From: Dicyema japonicum
Lineage: Eukaryota; Animalia; Dicyemida
DNA length: 64,000 nt
NCBI GenBank assembly: GCA_011109175.1
Contig: RDEW01000023.1
Coordinates: forward strand, 283,225 to 347,224
Reading direction: 5' to 3'
Shown here: positions 1-10,359 of the stretch, piece after piece
Numbering within the stretch: position 1 is the stretch's first letter
How the letters are laid out: each line of letters opens with the position of its first letter
Notes under the pieces: model-generated
The model's database searches: none
Told to the model about the DNA's origin: nothing
What the model saw: the letters and a program-made list of their open reading frames with translations, nothing else
Made by a program: the position numbers and the translations under genes

Positions 1-420
1 CTCAAGACCGTTTGCAGACTGTGGAAGTAGAGAAAAAAAGGAAGTATGACTTGCTTGCAAACGAGATGGGGTAGATGCTTGGCTGCAAATTCCTCGTTAT
101 TCCAATAGTAATGACGTGGGAAGGAATTGCAACAAAGTACCACAAGGGTTATCTGAAGCAGTTGGGGGTAGATAGGAAGCTCTAGGCCTATCTACAGTCC
201 ACTGTATTAAAGCGGACCCTAGAGAGCCTGATATAGAAGTCAGAGCCCGGAGATGTCATATGGGGAGAGGGTTCAATTGGACAAGGCGCTCTCGGAGTTG
301 TTTCAGCAACCAGAATCGAATCTGCCTGAGGCAGCTGGCGAACAGGCAGGCGAGGAAGGTTGTTAGTTAGTTAGTTAGGAAGTTTGTTGATTATTAAATA
401 TTAACTTTTTATTGTTGGTT
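1..420 (+). mobile_element. 3' end of R4/Dong-like non-LTR retrotransposon (restriction-like endonuclease C-terminus, 3' UTR, (TTAG)n tail)
   Basis: Translates as QDRLQTVEVEKKRKYDLLAN..IPIVMTWEGIATKYHKGYLKQLG, nearly identical to the minus-strand copy at 42720-43100; ends in a ttagttagttag tail. Confidence 0.75.
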
Positions 421-714
421 AAATAAAGTTGTTAATTAACAACAAAGAATTTTTATTTAATAAATCAAAATTATTTCAATTAAAAACAAAGAATTTTTAT
501 TTAATAAATCAATTATCATCACTCACGGCCTGCGAACCTTTAGTCAGGAGGATTCTACACTCCACCCGAATTCTCAACTGACCAAGAGATAATCCACGCA
601 CGAGAAGCCTGGAATGCCACCAACCTCCCCCTGCCTCCTTCCCAAGATCGCCAGCGAAACCTGGACAACTTATTATGCTGGAAATCATTTGGACTCCTAC
701 TGGAATCTGCCAAT

Positions 715-1440
715 CAGCACCGACGCGCTTGTTTGCTTTCGGGGGCTTCCCCTGAAAGCGGAGCTTGGCTAAACGCCATCCCCAATGGAGCTTTGGGCAC
801 TTTTCTGGATGATGAATGCGTTAGAACTGGTATCTCTCTGAGGCTGGGACTAAAAGTATGTGTACCTCACCCGTGCCGATGTGGCATCCTGATAGACTGC
901 TATGGCCTGCACCCTCTCGCCTGCAGGAGAGCGCTGGCAGATCCCAAGGCACAAGGCTCTGAATGAAATTGTCAGGCGAGCTATGGATGCTGCTGGATAC
1001 TCGGCCATTCTTGAACCGGTCGTGTTATGCAGAAGTGACGGGAAACGACCGGACGGGATGACCATATTTCCATTTGAGGCCGGGAAACCACTGGTTTGGG
1101 ATGTGACATGTACAGACACGTTCGCCCAGAAAAATCTTCACGAGAGTGCTACAAGGGCCTGTTCAGCATCCGTATAGGCGGAGAAGGCCAAACTCGTTAA
1201 ATACGTCGACCTTCCCGATGATGTCAAATTTGTTCCCCTTGCTATGGAGACTTCCGGATCCTACTCCCCCTCTACACTCGAGTTTTTCGGACGTCTTGGA
1301 AACCGGATCACCTCATGCACTGGAGATCTCCGTGAACGCCGCTGGCTATTTGAGCGAATTTCGCTCGCAATTTTGAGAGGGAACAGCCACGCAGTGAGGG
1401 CGGCAACTACCTGACTTCTATTGTTTAAATTTACTTATAA
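715..1440 (+). mobile_element. CRE-like non-LTR retrotransposon, 3' fragment (zinc knuckle + REL endonuclease), frameshifted
   Basis: ORFs 733-966, 902-1177 and following: GAWLNAIP..CRCG..HPLAC, RHKALNE, DGKRPDG, WDVTCTDT, PLAMETSG. Confidence 0.85.
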
Positions 1441-1479
1441 AAATTCAAAAAAAAATCATATAATAGTGATTGGAGTAAA

Positions 1480-2560
1480 GTTGGCTCAGTATGTACTGAC
1501 AGAGCTCTCCCATGCTTGTCTATCGGACAGAAGTTAGTCCTCATTTTCTACCTATATTATCTTCCAAAACATTACCAGAGGAAATTAAGGAGGTTATTGA
1601 TCAAATTATAAAAATAATTAATATTATTCTTTGATGGGCAATGAATCACAGAATTTTTCAAAGTATATGTTAAGAACTTGTTCTGAACATTACAGAAGTA
1701 AGATGACTTTCTAAAGGAATGACTCTGACAAGAGTTGTCGATTATCTGAGGCTATTATCGATTTTTGAATGACCATGGATATAAATATTTATCCGAATTG
1801 CTTGAATCCAATTTAAAGCCAAATTAATCATTTAACAACGAACTTATCCCAGTGGTTAAATTCCCCAAAATCCTTGGGTCACGTCACTCAGTTTTAAAAA
1901 ACATATTGAAGAACTTTGGCCACTCGAACGGCCAGCAAAATGAGTGTCTTACCATATTGTACAAGCAATTCATTAGGACGGCACTAAATTATGCTTCCCT
2001 AGGCAGGGTCCCTACCATTGCGCTCTCCCTCATACAAAAGTTGCAGTATGTCCAAAATTTAGCATTGAATACTGTAACGGGGTGTTTGAAATCATCTCCC
2101 ATCGAGAAATTTTACTGGGAATACAAGATCCTGTTTCTGGGTGACCACCTTGAAATGAAGAACTTGCAATTTCTCTGAAAATCACATTACCCTAACAATA
2201 ACCTTCCCACTGTTTAAATTCACAGAACATTCACTGATCTCCAAAGAACACTAAAGAAAATCCCACCTCCGACAAAAGGCCAAACCAAGACAAAATTTAT
2301 ACATGACTTTTTACCTACACATGCGATACGAACCCTCGAAGAGAACAAGATACTGGAGCACATAACTCTTGAGATTAGCGCTTCAAACTTATTCTTCCGA
2401 GGGATATCAGAGTAGAACTTTCTCGTTTACAATGTAAAAATCATCCATCTCTCATTAGGAGAGAAGTTTAAGAATGTAATGGATTTCTGGGAGCTTCCTG
2501 ACTTAGCTTCCTGACTTGCTTGCCTAAGACTCGAAGTGAATGTAATAAATTTCTGGGAGC
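1480..2560 (+). mobile_element. Vingi/Ingi-like LINE remnant (post-RT region and C-terminus)
   Basis: ORF 1852-2178 (PKILG..LYKQFIRTALNYAS..LQYVQNLALNTVTGC) resembles the other Vingi-like fragments in the window. Confidence 0.65.
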
Positions 2561-2723
2561 TTACTGACTTAGCAACGCGTTTTTGATTAAAAATCTAACT
2601 TATATTATCCGACACCGAGTATAAAAGACTGGAACCATACAGTTGGGAATTAGAAATACTAAACAATTGTTAAAAAGTTAAATCTAATATTATTAGTGTG
2701 GTTTAGTAGAATTATAATCTGAA

Positions 2724-2933
2724 TCACATACATAGAGCTTTCATTATGTATTTGTTGCAACAATTTTCCCAAATATGTTCAAGCTTACATTTATCATCAT
2801 TATTTTCTAATACATCGTCATAACATGATGTATTTTTGCAATCCTCCGCTATAATAATAAGTTTATATAAACCATAATTAGAAGTAGAATACCCAAAAAG
2901 CACAATAAATATTAGAAAATATGGCATTATCAT
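2724..2933 (-). CDS. Putative small secreted cysteine-rich peptide (69 aa)
   Basis: ATG start, hydrophobic N-terminus (YFLIFIVLFG), six Cys spaced C-x4-C-x11-C-x8-CC-x8-C; no recognisable TE similarity. A GTATGT near the end could be an intron donor. Confidence 0.4.
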   Translation of the reverse strand: MIMPYFLIFIVLFGYSTSNYGLYKLIIIAEDCKNTSCYDDVLENNDDKCKLEHIWENCCNKYIMKALCM

Positions 2934-2951
2934 ATATCAGCATATATTGAT

Positions 2952-3031
2952 TAATACTTACATATAAATACAACCTGTCAGCTCTCACAATTAATGTGTA
3001 ATACTTACATACAACCTGTCAGCTTTCACAA
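2952..3031. repeat. Short direct duplication (taatacttacat..tacaacctgtcagctYtcacaa x2)
   Basis: Two copies at about 2952-2990 and 2999-3031, just upstream of the 2724-2933 ORF. Confidence 0.85.
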
Positions 3032-3149
3032 AAATGATTTTAAAATATATTTTTACCTTATTGATCAAATTAAACAGGCATTTTTATAATAGACATTTCT
3101 AATTCTTCAAGTGTTTGAAATTATTGTCATGTTGTACAACATTGGATAG

Positions 3150-3460
3150 AGTCAATTATTATTATCACCCCAGGATCACTGGGCCAAAAAGAAAGAAATA
3201 AAATTTCTCAACTAAGTGATCCAGACAGACAATGGAGAGGACGAGCCCGGCGGGGTCGAGAATTTTGTACAGCTCTTCTTATTGGACATGGCATCGGCTC
3301 AAACTTTTTACACGTTTGTAGATATTTCGATAGTATATGAAACAGGGGACAGCTCTGTAGACTGGCCGTTTTAAGAATTTTCTTTGTAATTCAATTAAAA
3401 GATTTTCAATAGGTTGGATATTGTGTTCTGGTCCAATCAACTTTATTGCATTAACTTTGC
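3150..3460 (-). mobile_element. Vingi-like LINE 3' end remnant with terminal stem-loop
   Basis: Minus strand GGATCAC...GTGATCC-tggggtg followed by (taa)n, as in the other Vingi-like 3' ends. Confidence 0.5.
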
Positions 3461-5074
3461 GCGATGGATCTAAAGTTCGTTCTCAGTAGGTCATACTTGT
3501 GGAACTTGTCTACCTCGACCTGCTTGAGGCAATTTTGCGAAGTGATCCCAATTTCAACAAGAGTAATCGTATTTTTATCTTATCATAAACGAAAATGTCA
3601 AGTTTGTTATACAGCCATATCCGTACTCATCGTCGTGTCTACACGAATCTCCACAAATTCATTCGCGACAACAGATTGTACTAAATGAGTCTTCAATTTC
3701 TTAGTTTTTCTTATTCCATATTGACGGCAAAAATGTAGATGTAAACATCTGACTACTTCGTTATGTCACTTGAGATACGAGCTATTCAGCATTCTCCCAC
3801 ACCTAGTTGCAAGGTGATCGACGGTCTTTTATTCTGAGTTGCAATGTCCCCACTTAGTTTCTCGTTATCAGAAAACATAAGTGGACACAGTCTTCACTCA
3901 GTTATAGGGGAGTGATTTTCATACGCTAGACATTCAGAGGATTCAGCAATATTCACTTCAGTGTCTTTCAAACACTGAAATAAAATAGAGTGCAGCGGTT
4001 TCTTCTTAATTTTTCCCAATAAATATTCATGATGTATTTCCATCAATTTTGATAATGTTAAGTCCTTCACATTTTCAATGTTGTACTTTCGGGAAATGAA
4101 TTCTACGATAGTGGTCATATTTGTTTTCTTTGAATTAATGACTCGTTGTATTCAAGCTCTTTTTAGGCAGTAATTTGCCTTATGTTCCAAGTCATCACAA
4201 AATTAGAGGAACATTCGTTCTGCTCTATTCTAACAAACTCGAGGTCTCTTCCAACTTTATTTCTTGGTAGATAAAGTCTTTCTTTGTTTGCCGGATGCAA
4301 GTGGATGTGGCTCTCCATAAGAATTCTGTGGATATTTTTATCGATCTGTTCAAATTTTCTAGGCTCGATATCAATCAATGCAATAGTTATAAAGTGAGAA
4401 TGCATACTAGTTCATCCCCTTAAACAAGTTTACTGAATTTAAACCCGTCTTCGTCAAATTTTTGATTCGCTTAGATCAGTGTTTCTCAACCTTTTTGGTC
4501 TGTGGGCCAAATCAATAATTAACAATTGGTTCGCGGGCAGCAAAAATTTTTTTAAAGAAAATTAAACTTTATTAACTAAAATTAATGTGAAAATTGAATC
4601 TGCTTTCCTTCTACTACTCTTTCAAAACAGGGACTCAGTTTTGATGACGACGTTGCATAAGATGTTCGTTCATCAGTTAATTGGTTGCGAAATTTGGTTT
4701 TGATCCATGTGAGTCTGCTGAACAGAGTTTCATAAACAACGTTTATCCAAATACAGACAAATTGAAAATGACTCATCTTATATGAAGTTATTGTAACGGA
4801 TTTTGATAATATGGGCTGTTTGAACAAAATGGTTTGTAGTTTGCGATTTAATTTCATAGATAGAAATTTGATTTTTATTGAGTCACCTTGAAAAAATTCA
4901 GATTCTGAAGAATGATTCATATGATGCCTCTCGACATTATATGACTTAGACATCGTATAATAAAATAACAAATCAGGCAATGTTCGTTGCCACTGTCTTC
5001 AAAAACGAAGAATTTTCCCTCTCATTCGGGTTAGATGCACGATTTTCTTTAATAATCTTTCTACTTCTTTTAAC

Positions 5075-6050
5075 ACGTTTTTAGTTAGTTAGTTAGTTAA
5101 ATAACCCCAGCCTCACTAACTTTAGGAGGCCAGCAGCTATTAAGTAGTACGCAGCAGATGTTGGTCACTCCCATAGATCAGTCAGTTCCGGTATTGTGGA
5201 GAAACGTTGTGCCAATTCATTACATTGAAATAGGTGATTTGTTGTCAGCACGTAGAGGTTGCAAAAGGGGCAGAGTATAACATATGTTGGTAGATATAGG
5301 TGGTGGCCACATCGTAGACAAACCAGGTTTACTCACACGTCCCTTAAAAGGGAGGATTCTAATTGGTCTATTGTAGGAGGGAATCGCTGTAATATTTTAT
5401 TGTCTCTGAGTCTTCGGATGCTTCTCGTAGAAACAAAATCGTGTATCTGTTTCAGATGACTCCTGTCATTGGGGATGGAAGGAATAGATGATAACATTCA
5501 AGACAGGTCACTGGTCATAATAATTTTCCTTTTGTTTTGCGGCTTGAATAGGGAGTGGCAGGGATGTTCTAGACTGTGGGCTTGGGAGAGAAACTGCAGG
5601 GCTCTCATTTCCAGATGGTCTCCAATTGGAAGGATCTTTGACTCCCAATGTAGATGATCGACAGGAGTTGATCTGAGACATCCAGTAATTATCCTGAGCT
5701 CGATGTTTTATACTTTTTGTAGTTTGTCAATAGAAGTAATAGATGCAGAGGTTGACCAGCAAGGGCTTGCATAGTTAATAGTTGTTCGAGTGAATTATAT
5801 ATGATGGTTAGGGCTTCTTTGCTTTGGCGAAAGGAATGGCCTGACACAACTTTAAGTATGTTGATCTTTTGAGAGGCCTTTGTACATTGTTCCTCCACAT
5901 GTTTAGAGAAAGTTAGTAGTTGGTCATAAATATTTTGGGGTGTTTCGTAACAATGAGTGGTTGTCCATGAATTGTTAAAATTGGTTGAAAATTAAGTTGG
6001 CGGCGGTTGGACGTGAATACAGTGACAGTGGATTTCGATGGAGAGGATAG
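5075..6050 (-). mobile_element. Vingi-like LINE 3' fragment inside the hAT element
   Basis: ORFs 5689-5898 and 5913-6110 (KHPKI..KASQKINILKVVSG..EALTIIY); tail ggggttatt(taac)n at 5075-5110. Confidence 0.7.
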
Positions 6051-6410
6051 GTGGTTTGCTCCAAGGTACTCTTCAAGAGTGTTCAAGTAGATCTGAACAG
6101 GAGTAGCCAATCTGATCTTTGGGAGCGAAAGCTACGCGCCCACTCAATAGCCGCCGTCATCCAGTCCGACTTTCCAGAGGTCGTTGAAAAGGTTGACAGG
6201 GGAATAATTGTGGTTCTTTTAGTTGCCAGTTTGATACTGGCATCTAATTTTCTCCACGTGAAGGTGAACCACATCGAAACACACGTTTTTCAATCATCAC
6301 AAAGAATATTAATGATATTAATTAATCACTTAATTAGTTGGTTTACTCTTCTTTCTTGGTGTTCCTTTTTCGGGGTTATTAAATAAATAATAAATAATAA
6401 GTAGCAGCGG
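6050..6410 (+). mobile_element. Vingi-like LINE 3' end, opposite orientation
   Basis: DLWER motif in ORF 6051-6386; degenerate terminal stem-loop with cggggtt(aata)n tail. Confidence 0.55.
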
Positions 6411-6777
6411 GCCGCGGTTGAAAACCACTGGCTTAGATGCTTCTTCATAGATTTTATCCATAATTTCTCCTTTAAGAATATTACTGTTCTTATCTTCAAC
6501 AACTCCCAGATATCAATATCCATCCAATCCATCTAAAAAACGAGCTTTCTCAAACAAGGAATTCACGTTTGTTACAGATTTGTCAAACTTTCTCTCCAAC
6601 CAGGCTGCATCAAAAAACTATTCAACATCCTCCAACATCATTTCCATTGAGTGACTTAGGCGAAAAAACCACTTTATATCGTCCATAAAAAGAGGGTGAT
6701 TTGTTTTATATGTGGGTTCTCCATTTCCCGGACTTCTCATTGTTACTTTCGGAAATTTTCCGTTCAGCATTTGAATA

Positions 6778-7396
6778 CACTGAATCCCATAAATGTTGAC
6801 CCAATTCCCATAAATGTTGTCCAATTCCCATAAATGATGTCCCAAATTCCCATAAATGATGTCCAAGTTATATATATTATACTAATAAATAATTTAGGAA
6901 AAAAGTATTTTATTCAATTAATCTGTTATTAATTCCATTTACCCTTTCCCAAAAACTGTTGTATTCCATTTACCTTTCCCAAAAACTGTAATATGAGGAC
7001 AAATTCTCGGTTTCGAGACACTCATAACAAATCCGATAGTTGTTAGCAATTCTCCTCTTACAGTTACTCTTGGTCTAATTACATTTAGGCGAGATTTCAC
7101 ACAAGAAAAAAAGTTTTCAATTGGGTTCAAGTCAGTTGAATAAGGGGGTAAATAAAATGTTGTAACACTTTTGTATACACCTATTCAAACTCTTTTTACT
7201 GATCTTGATAAATAGACTTTCGTTTATAAAAACCTTGCGACTTCTCATATCTGTATTAGTTGATAACAAATCTAAAAAATTAAAATTTTAAAATATAGAT
7301 TTACTTGTGTATTATTTATATATATAACTTGGACATCATTTATGGGAATTGGGTCAACATTTATGGGAATCGGGTCAACATTTATGGGATTGAGTG
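6778..7396 (-). mobile_element. Non-autonomous Tc1/IS630-type element with ~20-bp subterminal repeats
   Basis: TA on both sides; inverted ends cactgaatcccataaatg / catttatgggattgagtg with 3-4 repeats of aattcccataaatgWtg; internal transposase C-terminus (NPIENFFSCVKSRL). Confidence 0.85.
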
Positions 7397-8225
7397 TAAG
7401 AAAGTCCATTAAAAAGCAAAGACCCTCGGTAGGAGAAAGTCCCATTATAGAATTCCTCTATTTATTTTAACTTCTACCGACGTTTAGTATTTCAAATTCA
7501 GCCATATCTTCCATTTCGTGACATGTTTCTGAATAAATCTGACAATCCAGCAGGGAAGATCAGATTTCTGTAATACCTAGTCCAAAAACTTTAAAGTTAA
7601 TCCAACTAGAATCAAAAGTTTTTTTTAAGTCGATCTAAATAGAATTCAATTTCTTTCCCTTTCTTTGGTTTAAGCATTTGTTTACAATGGCTTGCTCTTC
7701 ACCTCCTTAACACATATTTTCTTCTTCATCTATTGACTTCTTTTCAGAATAATCAATTTAAATAAACTCTTCATAAGTATCCATTTTGGATACGATTGAA
7801 TCTGTTTATGTTTAATTATTTCTTTAAATTTTAGACATTCTAAATAGTCGGCAATTGTTTGCCATGATACATTTAACCATGTAATTTTTATCGATATCCT
7901 TGAGATTCAATTTTATATGAATCCTAAACAGATTTCTCATTTCCAATGAATCGTTAGATAGAGTAATTTATGTCTTCTACTTTGAATTGGATAAATTCAG
8001 GCACACCATTTTTAGTAGTCTCTTGAATGTTGTTCCTTTTAGTACGTCCACATACATTTAGTGAATGCAGTCGGTACAAGACTTTCCAGGTCTAAAGCCA
8101 CATTTTTCTGCGAAGAGGAAATCACTCTCTTCTATATCCGACACATCCACTTGACACCGCTAAAGACTATAGTTATTATGTCACATGTGCAGCCCGTTAC
8201 ATTTTTTTACCTTGAAAAGTTCCTT

Positions 8226-8590
8226 TGATTATTATTATTATTATTATAGATCATGACAAAGCATGTGCAACACTAGATCATGGCAAAGCATGGACGTACG
8301 CGATACCAAGATCATGCATGTGCAACACTAAAAGTTAACAATCTAATCAACATTGCCCATCTTTTTCAATCCGTTGCCATGTCCCGTAGCATATCTAGAT
8401 CATCCCCATCTTTAAGGCACTTTCCAATCCTGAGATCTTTATCTAGGAATACCGGCAGTGTTGTCCTCGGCTGGCCGCGGAAACGGGAAGCCTCTAAGAT
8501 AAAATACTTTTCCATTGCTATCATTTGAATTTGATAAATAGTGTATGAGAGAAGTACTACGACAAAAATTGCAGTAGTTATCCCCATAAG
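8226..8590 (-). mobile_element. RTE-like LINE 3' remnant
   Basis: RFRGQPRTTLPVFLDKDL..DDLDMLRD matches the C-terminus of the 10360-13340 element; (taa)n tail. Confidence 0.75.
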
Positions 8591-8679
8591 AGGATAAAAT
8601 TTTCAACAATCAGAATAAATAACCACAATAGACACTTAATTTTGGAGGGAAATCCAGTCAAATAGTCAGCACTTTTTGA

Positions 8680-9230
8680 AAGTCCACTGAGTGTGCTGAG
8701 ATTAAGTTACGGATTGTTTGAAGAAATCATAGGACGAGAGTTCAATGACTCTAGATGTTTCCATAGCAAGAGGAGGAAACATTATATTACCGGGAAAGTC
8801 AGCGTTTTTGGTCTTCCCAGTGTTGAAGAGGCATTGGTAGCAGTCTGAGAAAGTTGTTTGAGGCGAGGTGTCCATGAATGTGACGATGGTCTTAACATCC
8901 CGACGTGTTAGAGTACTGAAAGGAAACCATCCGCCTCCAAAACTCCTCGAACGAATTCGTTAAAACCATTGTGCCTCGGAGCCCCGCCATCGTTCCTCAG
9001 TGAGTGGATTAGTTTATAACCGTCAATATGACCCCTCTAATGTGGCACATAGATCTCCAGTCCATGTCATATTGAGATTCCTACTCGAATCGAGTCGCCG
9101 TCAAGAAAAGTCCAGAATACCTCACATGGAATAGTGTTGAGCCAAACTCCATTAACAGAAAAGGCTCCAGACAAACACGGCGGTGTTAGCTCGTAGAACT
9201 CAAACAATTTTCGAAAATTCTTAGCTTAAA
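8680..9230 (-). mobile_element. Highly decayed CRE-like fragment
   Basis: Minus frame gives FPF..RRDVKTIVTFMDT..FPPLAMETS, corresponding to the CRE endonuclease motifs. Confidence 0.5.
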
Positions 9231-9499
9231 CGTCATCAAATTCCGCTGTAATTCCAATAATAAAGAGAAAAAAGTAGTCAGTTTTCCTACCGTGAAATCA
9301 GAGACCACAAGAAATAAAAAACGTGCGGGAGGAGACACCTAGAGGACCAAATCCCAAGCCTACCAAATTTAACAAAAATATCTAAAGCATCTACAACGGA
9401 GTAATTTATAGGTTACAAGAAAACGTGAGCAATCAATAATAGAGATTTGTCAAATATTTGTCAATACCAAAGAAACAAACAAAAACAAAGTAACTAGTA

Positions 9500-10260
9500 G
9501 ATTTTAAAGGAAGGTCCCATAGTGAATTTGATGTAAAGGGCCCCAATGTTCTGCAAGTGCTTCTTTGTAAAGAAAACCAAAATTTGTAGACATCACAATA
9601 TTCTCGATTATCTCCTTTTCAGACATGCCCACGTTGGCCACGGCAATATTCAGAACTTTTACCTGTTGCCATGAAAACACAAGGAACCTTCTTCAACTGG
9701 AACTTAATCGAGGCTCTTAGATCCTCCGCACATGTGGCAACAGATTCGTTTGGGTTAATGGGCAAAACCAGTTTCCCAGAACGGGAAGCGGTGGCACGCA
9801 AAAAACGGGTGACAAACTTCATTAGATCGAGAGTGACAAGTAACCCACCGAACTTTTTGACTGAGAATATTAAACATGGACAAACCAAATTTTTTTCTGA
9901 CCCTGGGCTCTCTTCAATGAAATTTGGCAGAAATGATCAAAATTTGATAAAATCGTTGATTTTTAGGAAAATGTCAAAGCAAAATCGCATAATATGGACA
10001 AACAACATTATTTTGAACCAAAAAATATCAAAAATGAAGACGACTCTGTTAAGGATATTTCCTGGAAAAGATAAAAAACAATTACAGTACGACCCCGCCC
10101 CAATAAAACCCAGGCCTTGGAGCACTCTCTGTTTTGGGGGCGATTTTTTTAATAAATATTATTTTGAATGATTTTTACATTTTTTACATTTTTGACCAAT
10201 AAGAAGCCTAAATTTAAAATACCCCGCTATTTGGGGCACTTTTTCAATCGATAATATTAA
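9500..10260. mobile_element. Probable Tc1-like DNA transposon remnants
   Basis: TA-cagtacgacccc end at 10084, seen reversed at 46680-46694; the rest is uninterpretable. Confidence 0.35.
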
Positions 10261-10359
10261 AATTTATTATTTCATTTTTATTTTTATTTAATTATTTTAA
10301 AATATTTTAAGCATGCCTGCGAAGCTAGTCGCCACCTGATACAGAAGATTTACGATTCT

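Larger units (their letters stand above)
4477..6430 (-). mobile_element. hAT (Buster/Charlie-type) DNA transposon, internally deleted, with nested LINE fragments
   Basis: TIRs cagtgtttctcaacc / ggttgaaaaccactg; perfect 8-bp TSD gcttagat (4469-4476, 6431-6438) with central TA; ORF 4582-4980 resembles the hAT C-terminal dimerisation region. Confidence 0.9.
3460..7850 (-). mobile_element. Decayed R4/Dong-like LINE interrupted by a hAT element and a Tc1-type element
   Basis: RT motifs IDLKKTFDS (~7620), HPLFMDDIK (6690) and HLHPANKERLYLPR (4270). Removing 6778-7396 plus one TA restores the in-frame DFLIQMLNGKFPK. Confidence 0.75.

Noticed and set aside
362-380. (TTAG)n as telomeric repeat
   Set aside because: Short run at a LINE 3' end; similar tails occur at 5080-5100.
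6786-6870. ~20-bp repeats as a CRISPR array
   Set aside because: No unique spacers; mirrored at 7320-7396 as subterminal repeats of a Tc1-type element; eukaryotic context.
8700-8850. Actin-like fragment (LAMETS)
   Set aside because: The surrounding residues match the CRE endonuclease motif PLAMETSG seen in other copies.
9671-10171. 166-aa ORF as a host gene
   Set aside because: No recognisable domain; it runs across transposon-end sequence.
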